Source: Candidatus Doudnabacteria bacterium
GTDB taxonomy: Bacteria; Patescibacteriota; Doudnabacteria; UBA920
Length of the DNA: 64,000 bases
Direction of reading: 5' to 3'
Assembly: GCA_023245995.1 (NCBI GenBank)
Contig: JAHFJH010000003.1
Span: 1,585 to 65,584 of the forward strand
Part shown: positions 9,663 through 18,226 of the stretch, one piece after another
Layout: each line of letters begins with the position of its first letter
Numbering within the stretch: the first letter of the stretch is position 1
The notes under the pieces: generated by a model
Database searches by the model: none
What the model was told of the DNA's origin: nothing
The model's input: the letters and a program-made list of their open reading frames with translations, nothing else
Translations under genes and position numbers: made by a program

Positions 9663-10271
9663 CTAGAAAAAATTAATGCCAAGCAATCGAGAAAACCAAA
9701 GTATTACGGGAACTAATACACGGTCTAAAATGCCGAGATAGAGGAAAATAAATACAAGTATAAAACCAAAACGTTCATAAGAAAGTATTTTATACATCCA
9801 CTCTTCTGGCGCAAAAGCTGCTAACACTTTACTGCCATCTAGCGGCGGAATGGGAATAAGGTTAAATGTACCCAAAACTAAGTTTATTAGCACCGCTTGA
9901 ATAAGTACAGTGACTGCAAAACCTGAAAAAAATCCGGTTTTTAAAATAATCGCAAAAATAATTGCCAGACCAAAGTTAGAAAGCGGACCAGCCAAAGACA
10001 CTAGCACCATACCCAGTCTTCTTGGTTGCAAGTTGTAAAAATTTACCGGCACAGGTTTTGCAGCACCCAAAATAACAGGACTACCAACTAGCATTAAAAC
10101 TAGCGGTAACATTATAGACCCAAACGGGTCTATATGCGGTATGGGATTTAGGGTAATTCTCCCCTCAAGGCGAGCAGTATCGTCGCCAAACTTCTCCGCC
10201 ACAGCCCCATGCATAACTTCGTGCACTATGGCCGAAAATATTAATATAACTAGTTGGATTATGTAGGACAT
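9663..10271 (-). CDS. site-2 protease (peptidase M50)
   Basis: HEVMH, AGPLSN, FNLIPIPPLDG. Confidence 0.95.
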   Translation of the reverse strand: MSYIIQLVILIFSAIVHEVMHGAVAEKFGDDTARLEGRITLNPIPHIDPFGSIMLPLVLMLVGSPVILGAAKPVPVNFYNLQPRRLGMVLVSLAGPLSNFGLAIIFAIILKTGFFSGFAVTVLIQAVLINLVLGTFNLIPIPPLDGSKVLAAFAPEEWMYKILSYERFGFILVFIFLYLGILDRVLVPVILWFSRLLGINFF

Positions 10272-10443
10272 AAAATAAATTTCTAGTTTCTCCTAATACT
10301 TGCCAAGTATATCAAAATATGGTAGATTTATCTAGCTACTATTACTAAATTATAACGGCGTGTAAGCATAGAGTTTCTAGAAAAAACCTTGCCAATTCGG
10401 CATTTTCTACACCCTATCCCCTATACGCTATACCCTAACTTCC

Positions 10444-10632
10444 ATGCCAAGAATGTGTACCGTATGCGGCAAAACCTACGCCCGTACCATAAAAAGAAGT
10501 CACTCCATGCGCGCCTCCATTGTACGCCTGCAACCCAATTTGCAATGGACCAGAGACGCAAAAGGCCAGCGCGTAAAAGCCTGCGCCAGATGCATTAAGA
10601 CTAAAACCAAGTCTGCCCGCGTGACTGCTTAA
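10444..10632 (+). CDS. rpmB: 50S ribosomal protein L28
   Basis: CTVCGK...RSHS...PNLQ...CARCIK. Confidence 0.92.
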   Translation: MPRMCTVCGKTYARTIKRSHSMRASIVRLQPNLQWTRDAKGQRVKACARCIKTKTKSARVTA

Positions 10633-10640
10633 CTATAAAT

Positions 10641-10678
10641 AAAAAATACCGTTGGGTACCCAACGGTATTTTTTTATT
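10641..10678. terminator. bidirectional terminator after rpmB
   Basis: AAAAAATACCGTTGGG-TA-CCCAACGGTATTTTTT. Confidence 0.85.
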
Positions 10679-10727
10679 GTATATACCAAACCCTAAAACA
10701 GGAACTCACAGATAAACATAGCAAGAA

Positions 10728-10991
10728 CTAATCTAACTCGTCCTCTTTGGGCTGTTCATGAAGTTGCTCTCTTATAGCTCTTATCTCAGCTTTTTTACTG
10801 TCAATTATTGCAATATCTGCCGCGACAGGATCCCCCATTGCGACCATACCTCTTACTTCCCTACGTAATACATCTATTCTTTTCCGCAATGCCTCATCTT
10901 CCGCGTTAAAGCCTTCTTGCTTCTCTAAGGCTCCGCTCAAAGTCCCATCCTGCGACTTTGTTTCAAGCCCAATCATACTTCTCCAACTCAT
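10728..10991 (-). CDS. hypothetical coiled-coil protein
   Basis: 87 aa ORF with ATG start. Confidence 0.6.
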   Translation of the reverse strand: MSWRSMIGLETKSQDGTLSGALEKQEGFNAEDEALRKRIDVLRREVRGMVAMGDPVAADIAIIDSKKAEIRAIREQLHEQPKEDELD

Positions 10992-11049
10992 ATAGGTAAT
11001 TTTAATGCTTAATCTACCACTTAAAGTATATCACTTCTAGCACAGCCCA

Positions 11050-11778
11050 TTACTCCACCATTTTTGAGATCTTTTCTACCATGGCTACAAACTGTTTGCT
11101 GTGCACGTTACGAGGTCGTGGAAACGGATTGTCTATTATTTTCTCTATAGTCCCAGGACGTGCTGTAAACACGGCTATACGGTCTGCCATAAGCAATGCC
11201 TCTTCCACCGAATGTGTAACCATAACCACTGTAACCTTGTGCTCCCGCCAAATTTTTAAAACCTCTTGCCGTAATTTTACTTCTGTAAACGTGTCTAGCG
11301 CAGAAAAAGGTTCATCAAAAAAAATAATTTTCGGACTCATGGCCAAAGCTCGGGCAATTCCCACCCTTTGTTTCATACCCCCTGAAAGTTCTCGCGGATA
11401 AGCTCGCTCAAACCCTTGTAAACCCATTTCCGCTACCAAGTCTGCTACTATTCTATTTTTAAGACCACCGTGCACGTTGTTCATGTCCAAACCAAAACGA
11501 ATATTTTGCTCCACATTTAGCCACGGGAACAAAGCAAAGTCTTGAAATACAAAAGATATATTTGCATTTGTCTTTTTTACGCTCCCACTATCTGGTTCTT
11601 CTAAACCCGTTAATAAGCGCAACAAAGTAGACTTACCACTTCCCGAAGGTCCAAGTAACATTAAAAATTCGTACTCACGAACGTCTAAATTTATATCACG
11701 CAACACTTGTACACGTTTTTCGTCTTCGTCAAAATGCTTCGTGACATTTTTTACCTGAATTAGTATTTTTGGTTTCAT
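11050..11778 (-). CDS. NitT/TauT-family ABC transporter ATPase
   Basis: GPSGSGKS, LFPWL, LSGGMKQR, DEPFSALD, VTH. Confidence 0.93.
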   Translation of the reverse strand: MKPKILIQVKNVTKHFDEDEKRVQVLRDINLDVREYEFLMLLGPSGSGKSTLLRLLTGLEEPDSGSVKKTNANISFVFQDFALFPWLNVEQNIRFGLDMNNVHGGLKNRIVADLVAEMGLQGFERAYPRELSGGMKQRVGIARALAMSPKIIFFDEPFSALDTFTEVKLRQEVLKIWREHKVTVVMVTHSVEEALLMADRIAVFTARPGTIEKIIDNPFPRPRNVHSKQFVAMVEKISKMVE

Positions 11779-11790
11779 TTTTATATTACT

Positions 11791-12513
11791 TTATTCGGTC
11801 AACATCTTATGACTCTTTTCTAGAAGTGGCAGCCAAATTATATGATTTAGTGCAAAAATAAATAAAAGCAAAGCCATTACACCAAAAAACACTGCATGCC
11901 CTGCGCTACTGTTACTACTAAAAAAATTGCCCAAACCGTGGTCCTTAAGTCCAACAATAATTTCTGCACCGACTACCGCTTCCCAACCCTCGCCAAGCCC
12001 GACTATGGAACCCGTAACTATTCCAGGAGCCGCAATTGGCAAAGCAAAATAAACTACCCGCTTCCAGCCCACAGCTCCATATACAGTAGCAGCTTCTTCC
12101 CAACCCGCTTTAATAAGTTTTTGAGAGCTAATAATTGCAAAAAGCATGGGCCATATTACTGTAATAATTAAAAAAATAATTACAGTAGTCTCGCTTGGGC
12201 CAAAAGTTGCAACTGCCAAGGGCAACATAGCAAATGTGGGAAAACTTTGTAGAACGTCGAACAGTGGCAACATAAAAGTACCAAGCTTCCCACGCGACAA
12301 AGTAACTCCGAGTACCACAGCTATGACTAGAGAAATAATATACGCGACAATTAGTCTAACCGCAGAGGCCAACAAGTCGCCTATAAAACTAACTTTGGCT
12401 TCGGCTGTAAGTGAGTCGATAAATAAAATAAAAATAAACGGCAATAGGACTATTAAAAATGCCCACAAAATATGTATTCTGCGTTTATATATTTTTAAGT
12501 ACCTATGAATCAT
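11791..12513 (-). CDS. NitT/TauT-family ABC transporter permease
   Basis: EAA...GA loop, WEAVVGAE; start placed at the ATG 6 nt after TATGAT. Confidence 0.88.
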   Translation of the reverse strand: MIHRYLKIYKRRIHILWAFLIVLLPFIFILFIDSLTAEAKVSFIGDLLASAVRLIVAYIISLVIAVVLGVTLSRGKLGTFMLPLFDVLQSFPTFAMLPLAVATFGPSETTVIIFLIITVIWPMLFAIISSQKLIKAGWEEAATVYGAVGWKRVVYFALPIAAPGIVTGSIVGLGEGWEAVVGAEIIVGLKDHGLGNFFSSNSSAGHAVFFGVMALLLFIFALNHIIWLPLLEKSHKMLTE

Positions 12514-12711
12514 ACATATATCATAGCACGGCATTCATAATAAAGTCGTCATCTCTAAAGATATTTTAGTAAAGCAATAAATTATGTAACTTCAATAAAA
12601 CTTGCACCGCCTTAGATGCACTACATACAAAACTTTATTGATCTAATTTTCTGAAAATATAAATAAAAAAACCTTTAAACAAAGGTTATATGCCATAAAA
12701 ACCCAAATACG

Positions 12712-13884
12712 CTACTTAATCTCTTTAACTATTTGTGAGCCACCAATTTTATAACGCTTACTTTTATAAATCTTTGAAATAATTAAATTAAGGAATGCAG
12801 TCATTAACAAAAGCAATACAAAATAGAGAGTACCAATCATAGTAAACTTTGGCAAAGTGTCTCGTCCCATGTACCCCAAAATTGCGGCAACCACACCTAT
12901 TGTGGTTATAACCTGCAAAGAAGCAATGTTATTTTTAGTTGTCTTAGCTTGTATGTCGGTAAAAGACTCTAAAGCCGATGACAAGTACTGCCTTGTCATA
13001 TCCCATAAATACTTAATATACTCGTGTGTGTCCTGCAGAGTCTCAAATTTAAACTGAAATAACGGGTTAAGATAGTCATCAATATTTTCTACGTCTGTAA
13101 TCTTCTGCCGAGTACGAATATACACACCCATTTGGTTAATGCGCGCACCAATTAAATCTATGGTCTTTTGTATGTCTATCAGCTCCCCGTGATATTTATC
13201 CACTTCGGTGCCGGCTATACTTCCCTTCTCCTTAATGCCTGCAATCTTTTCCCATATTACACGGTGTATAGTCAAGTACCTGTGTAATTGAGTTTTAAAC
13301 TCACGAAAAAATATTTGTGACTCTATAATTTCACGCGCCAAATTCTGATCTTTAAGGTTGTTTATTACTATGAGACCGGTGCCACGATACACCTCAACAC
13401 TTTTTGTTTTCAATGTGGAATATACTTCTTCTTTGAAAGAAGCATACAGTTTTTTTATGTCACCACCACCTGCTTCTTCAACTGTAAGTATGTACGGGAG
13501 TATCGTACGTATATTTGCTAACTCCTTCGGGACTGGCGCGCCCTTGCTAAATATTACTGAAAGCGCCTTAGAAAGCTTGGTGTCGTAATAAGTCTTAATT
13601 AGGTCAATATCACTGGCTAAATCTACAATATTTTTCTCTAAAATAATTAACCCATCTTCATATATTCTGTATTCAATACCTGAAATAGTAAGTACGCGTA
13701 TATACTCCAATTTGCCGTTCTCGCGGCTTATTTCCCTAATACCTACCAACTTCTGAACCCCAATTAGTTGTTGTTTGGAAAAACCAATTTGCGATTTACC
13801 ATACTTAAAAACGTCCCACACCTCCGTCAGATGCAATGTCGTACGCTGAAACCACCCTCCTATATAAACTCTGTTTATTTTCAT
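12712..13884 (-). CDS. hypothetical protein with two C-terminal TM helices (CorA-like topology)
   Basis: Long soluble helical N-region and two C-terminal TMs; no canonical GMN motif. Confidence 0.55.
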   Translation of the reverse strand: MKINRVYIGGWFQRTTLHLTEVWDVFKYGKSQIGFSKQQLIGVQKLVGIREISRENGKLEYIRVLTISGIEYRIYEDGLIILEKNIVDLASDIDLIKTYYDTKLSKALSVIFSKGAPVPKELANIRTILPYILTVEEAGGGDIKKLYASFKEEVYSTLKTKSVEVYRGTGLIVINNLKDQNLAREIIESQIFFREFKTQLHRYLTIHRVIWEKIAGIKEKGSIAGTEVDKYHGELIDIQKTIDLIGARINQMGVYIRTRQKITDVENIDDYLNPLFQFKFETLQDTHEYIKYLWDMTRQYLSSALESFTDIQAKTTKNNIASLQVITTIGVVAAILGYMGRDTLPKFTMIGTLYFVLLLLMTAFLNLIISKIYKSKRYKIGGSQIVKEIK

Positions 13885-13999
13885 GACAAGTTTATTTTTG
13901 TAACAAATCTTTTAGCAAACTACTAGTATATTACCATAAACAATACATAAACACAGAAACAATGCTTTGCAAGTGATAACTCCCCCAATGCTAAAACGA

Positions 14000-15658
14000 T
14001 TACTGTATACCAGACTCACTCAAGGTGCGTACACCAGCTTCGTAACCGCCAGTTTTAGCGCCTAAACAAAATAGTAATTTATACTTGTCGGTACCAGTCT
14101 GCAAATAGGTATAAGTATTTTTAGCAGGTGTACAAACACCATCCACTGGCAAGGGTGCTATTGGTAATTGTCCTATATATGTCGGAGTTAAATCCGAGAG
14201 TTTGGGCGGATAACTATTGTGATCGTTAAAATACAACTCAAGTGCAGAAGCTAATTGGCGCACATCTGCTAGTCTTTTTGCGTTCCTGGAGGCGCCTTTT
14301 GCACCCTCAATTTCTTTAGCTGTGTCAAAATAGTCTTTCGGTGCAGAAACAGTTTGGGCTTTCCCATAATCAAAAAACTCTAAATCAAAGTTAAAATTAG
14401 CACTAAACTCCAAAGCGCTTAGCAAGCTATTTATTCTATCAGTTATGGTTGCGGAAGTTAGCGGTTTGCAAGGCTTAGAATAGTCACCACACGCTTGTCT
14501 GTAACGCTCCATTTCCTTCTCACTCTCCGCCTCCATTGCTTTTGCAAAACTAGCAACAGAAGGTGCGTTACTCTGAAATACAATTTTATATACTTCTGCA
14601 TCACTCCTACCAACCCATATTTGCATGTCTTGAATTTCAAGCTTGTCTATAAGTCCATTCAAAAATGCGCGAGTGGTATTTTGAGTTTCCTTATCTTCGC
14701 TACCAAGTAACTTATCAATAAGATTATTTAGCGCGGTACGAACTTTTTCTTTTTTTATATTGGTTTTGTAGTGCAAGGTTTCAACGCCATGGACTTTATC
14801 TTTGCCAATATAGGTAGGGGTCTCCAAAAAACTTTCTTTCTTCCATTCCGTTACTAAGTCTTGCCAGTAGCGCTGATCTGACAGTTTGCTTACATCTGCC
14901 GTGCCACCCCCAACCTCCTGTAACTGCGCTAAATCTTTCGGATTTAAACTAACTTTTATCCAATCATATTTATGCGAATCTTGCACTCCCGAGGAGGTGG
15001 ACATGAGTCCAGACAAAAAAGGATTTTCCCCAATATTTACATAAAGAGCCTGCCCTACTATACGGTATTCAAATCCAGTAGAGAAACTGGTGTTTCCACT
15101 GGAAAGACTATATGTAAGCGTGCTCTCAGATTGCAACGCATCTAGACTATTTGCTCCGTTTGCGTACACTTTGCCACCAACAGCAACTTTAATATTTTTC
15201 AATACACCGCCAAAAGGACTTTCAGTTACATCACTACCCTTGTCTGTGTAATTAAAATTAAAATTAGCATGTATGGGTTTAGAAACAGTCTGACCCTGAA
15301 ATTTTGTCCAAACTTTAGAAGAACTTACCGGCAACCAAGATATAGAATACTTACCTGTATATTGAGCATAAGCCAAGCCACCAAAAGCAAAAATAACTAA
15401 TGCAATAACCGCAAACAACAAAACTCGTTTGCGCATACTTTTAACAGGAGCGCCTTCCAATGTTGACACCGGTGCAGGCGTTACAGCTTCTGGACTTGTA
15501 TGTGCTACTGCTTCCGATGTTGCTAAAGCCACAAAAGCCTCTTCTATGGCAGCCTCAGTTACTCCGGGTTGCGTACTTAGGTCGGTACGAATAGCAGAGT
15601 CGGTTTTACCTTGTGCACGAGTCTGCTTTATATAATCAACTATGTGTTGTTCGGCCAT
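14000..15658 (-). CDS. membrane-anchored protein with a C-terminal type II secretion G/pseudopilin-like domain
   Basis: Single TM; C-terminal RNAKRLADVRQLASALELYFNDHNSYP. Confidence 0.7.
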   Translation of the reverse strand: MAEQHIVDYIKQTRAQGKTDSAIRTDLSTQPGVTEAAIEEAFVALATSEAVAHTSPEAVTPAPVSTLEGAPVKSMRKRVLLFAVIALVIFAFGGLAYAQYTGKYSISWLPVSSSKVWTKFQGQTVSKPIHANFNFNYTDKGSDVTESPFGGVLKNIKVAVGGKVYANGANSLDALQSESTLTYSLSSGNTSFSTGFEYRIVGQALYVNIGENPFLSGLMSTSSGVQDSHKYDWIKVSLNPKDLAQLQEVGGGTADVSKLSDQRYWQDLVTEWKKESFLETPTYIGKDKVHGVETLHYKTNIKKEKVRTALNNLIDKLLGSEDKETQNTTRAFLNGLIDKLEIQDMQIWVGRSDAEVYKIVFQSNAPSVASFAKAMEAESEKEMERYRQACGDYSKPCKPLTSATITDRINSLLSALEFSANFNFDLEFFDYGKAQTVSAPKDYFDTAKEIEGAKGASRNAKRLADVRQLASALELYFNDHNSYPPKLSDLTPTYIGQLPIAPLPVDGVCTPAKNTYTYLQTGTDKYKLLFCLGAKTGGYEAGVRTLSESGIQ

Positions 15659-15696
15659 ACGTATAGTATTTATAAATAATACTATAAGTGTAACAC

Positions 15697-15734
15697 GCAA
15701 TATAAAACCCCGACTAATCGGGGTTTTATATTGC
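15697..15734 (-). terminator. hairpin/terminator after the DUF11-like gene
   Basis: GCAATATAAAACCCCGA-CTAA-TCGGGGTTTTATATTGC. Confidence 0.7.
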
Positions 15735-15747
15735 TTATAAATTAGCT

Positions 15748-17892
15748 TTAGCTAAAAATTAAGCGGAAAATATTTTTCTTTCTGTGTAAAACGTAACCGG
15801 CAGTCAATAGTCCTGCAAAAGCTATACCACTAAGGGCGTCGGTCATGCCACCAGTTTTTGGTGGAGTGTAAGATGGTGGAGGGTTAATAACTATGGTTAT
15901 AGTATTGCCAAAGGTGTTTACCATTTGGTAACTAATATTTGTAGACAAATAGTACTTTACGCGTACACGAAATGTCTTAGTTACTGTTCCATTTGCTGCA
16001 ATAGTTACTGCTGGGTAAGTAATTGTCTGCCCAGTAAGTGTTCCACCGCCAAGGTCTGTAACATCGGCCAACGGAAGCACGCCTGACAAATTATCGGAGA
16101 TAATATAATTTGGCGCTTCAGCATTACCGGTATTATTTACAGTCAACTTATAGGTAATAAAGTCCTCACGGCTGGCTGGAGTAGTTATGGCGTTTACATT
16201 CTTAGTGTCGTTCCATGCGCTCTTAGAAAGAGTAATGCTTGGGGCTCCGGAAATAGTACCGGTTACACATGAAGTATCGGAGACGCCAGTAGCGTTAGAA
16301 GCAGCAGTAGTTGCAGTGTTACACACATTTGTGTTAACGCTGACAGCGCTTGCAGCAGTGTACAAATACCCAACAACAATTTCTTGATTGGCAGCTAAAG
16401 TACCTGTAAAGTTTACTGCGCCATTATATAACTGGCCAGTGAAAGAACGAGTAGCGGTAAAGCTTCTAAAATCGGTAACTAAGTTTGATGGGTTTATAAG
16501 ATCGTTTAAGGTAACCCCAGTTGCATCTATGTTACCGGTATTACGAATGCGAACTTGGTATTCCAAAACGTCACCAGCTTTCACATTGCTTAAGTTTTCA
16601 GCAAATGGACCATTTTGTGTGACGTTGCGTACTAACTTTATTATAGACAAGCTAGTGTAGTTTTGAGTTACGTTTACGTTACAATTAACGGAATCATTGC
16701 CAGAATTTACTGTTACAGTTTTGTTACCAGCGGTAGCGTAACTTACTTGAGCACTAGCGTTGTTAACAGATGCTGTGGCTGTACCAGGTGTAGACCAAGA
16801 GTAAGTTCCAGTACCACCAGTTGCAGTAATAGTTACCACTTGGGCAATATTTGCAGCTTGGTTTGCAGGTGTACACACTAGCTTAGCTGGTGTTGGGGTT
16901 GGAGTAGGAGTTGGTGTAGGAGTTGGGGTTGGACAGTTTGAAGAAACATTAGTTTTAACTGTATTGCTAAAGACTAAAGTTTTAAAATTATTTAACTCAA
17001 GAGCTGAAATATTTGCAACGTTAACAATGTCTTTATTGGTACAATTAGCCAAGCTCTTTACTTTTACACGAATATTTACTTGTCCAGTTTGTCCTGGTGT
17101 GACTGTATTTGCGTTCCAGTACATGGTTCTTGTTGCAGAATCATACACTGCTTTATCTATATAACCAGCAGTAACATTGGCTGAATGGGTTTCGCTAACG
17201 TAGTCAACAAGTTCATCTAAATGGTCAACCAAACGAACACCACTACCTGTACAGCTGGCAGTTCCAGTATTTTTAAAATTTACAGTGTAGGTTAGTTCAT
17301 CACCTGGTTTTGCATTAGTTTTATCTACAGCCTTGGTTAGTTCCAACTGACACACGCCTACTGGTGTAGGAGTTGGTGTAGGGGTTGGAGTAGGAGTAGG
17401 TGTTACACAAACAACTTTTGTGGACATCATAGCCCAAGTCTGTGCATACGGATTTTGGGAAGAAACCTCAGCCTTAATAGGCATATCTGCTCCGCAGGTA
17501 GGATTACTTACTACTCGGAAAGTAAATTGCGTATTGACTGTTTTACCTGGGTCAATAGTGGCAATAGTACAAACCGAGGTAAGGTTTGACTGATCAAAAG
17601 TACAGGTGCTTCCCGTAGCTTTTACGAAGTTAAGGAAACCTGGGTTGTAGAGGTTGCTAATAGCAACACCGTTTAATACCACTGCACCAGGGTTTGTAAC
17701 AGCAACATTGTACACAACTTCTTGGTTCGGGCTCATTGTAGCCGGACCTGTCATTTGTGCAACAATAATTGAAGCTGTGTCTGCTTTAACAGGTGTATTT
17801 ACTGCAAAGGCAGAACCCAATATAAGACCAAAAGCGGCAACAAGCATTAAGCTTTTTGGACTTATTAAATTCTTCAGAGTTTGTAACATCAT
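15748..17892 (-). CDS. secreted surface protein with DUF11-like Ig repeats, PT linkers and an LPXTG-like tail
   Basis: Signal peptide; repeated LxKxVD...PGD.L.Y...N.G; (PT)n linkers; PPKTG + TM + HRKK. Confidence 0.85.
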   Translation of the reverse strand: MMLQTLKNLISPKSLMLVAAFGLILGSAFAVNTPVKADTASIIVAQMTGPATMSPNQEVVYNVAVTNPGAVVLNGVAISNLYNPGFLNFVKATGSTCTFDQSNLTSVCTIATIDPGKTVNTQFTFRVVSNPTCGADMPIKAEVSSQNPYAQTWAMMSTKVVCVTPTPTPTPTPTPTPVGVCQLELTKAVDKTNAKPGDELTYTVNFKNTGTASCTGSGVRLVDHLDELVDYVSETHSANVTAGYIDKAVYDSATRTMYWNANTVTPGQTGQVNIRVKVKSLANCTNKDIVNVANISALELNNFKTLVFSNTVKTNVSSNCPTPTPTPTPTPTPTPAKLVCTPANQAANIAQVVTITATGGTGTYSWSTPGTATASVNNASAQVSYATAGNKTVTVNSGNDSVNCNVNVTQNYTSLSIIKLVRNVTQNGPFAENLSNVKAGDVLEYQVRIRNTGNIDATGVTLNDLINPSNLVTDFRSFTATRSFTGQLYNGAVNFTGTLAANQEIVVGYLYTAASAVSVNTNVCNTATTAASNATGVSDTSCVTGTISGAPSITLSKSAWNDTKNVNAITTPASREDFITYKLTVNNTGNAEAPNYIISDNLSGVLPLADVTDLGGGTLTGQTITYPAVTIAANGTVTKTFRVRVKYYLSTNISYQMVNTFGNTITIVINPPPSYTPPKTGGMTDALSGIAFAGLLTAGYVLHRKKNIFRLIFS

Positions 17893-18226
17893 ATAATAGT
17901 TCTACTATTAGTAATTAATAACTAATAACTATACACTTTTTAACCAGTTTTGTCAACATCTTTTAATTGGCAAAATAAAGAAATTATGGCTTATATAAGC
18001 TATATATATAAATAATACAAAAATATTCAACATATTTTTGTTAAAAATTCGTTAAACTTTTGTCCACCTTATAACCTAATACGGAGTTAAAAAATTACAA
18101 TTTTTACTATTTAGAAATCACTAATATGAAAAGCGCCCATAGCGCAGACCAAAAACTTTCATAAACACTATTACTTTTGAATATTACGCACAAATATTTT
18201 AAAAATGCGTTACAATATATAAAGTT

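Noticed and set aside
10389-10598. 69-aa ORF overlapping rpmB
   Set aside because: Alternate frame; its N-terminus (LHPIPYTLYP) is a translated heptamer array
16888-17405. ggagtt/ggtgta hexamer repeats
   Set aside because: Codon-level Pro-Thr linkers of the surface protein, not mobile repeats
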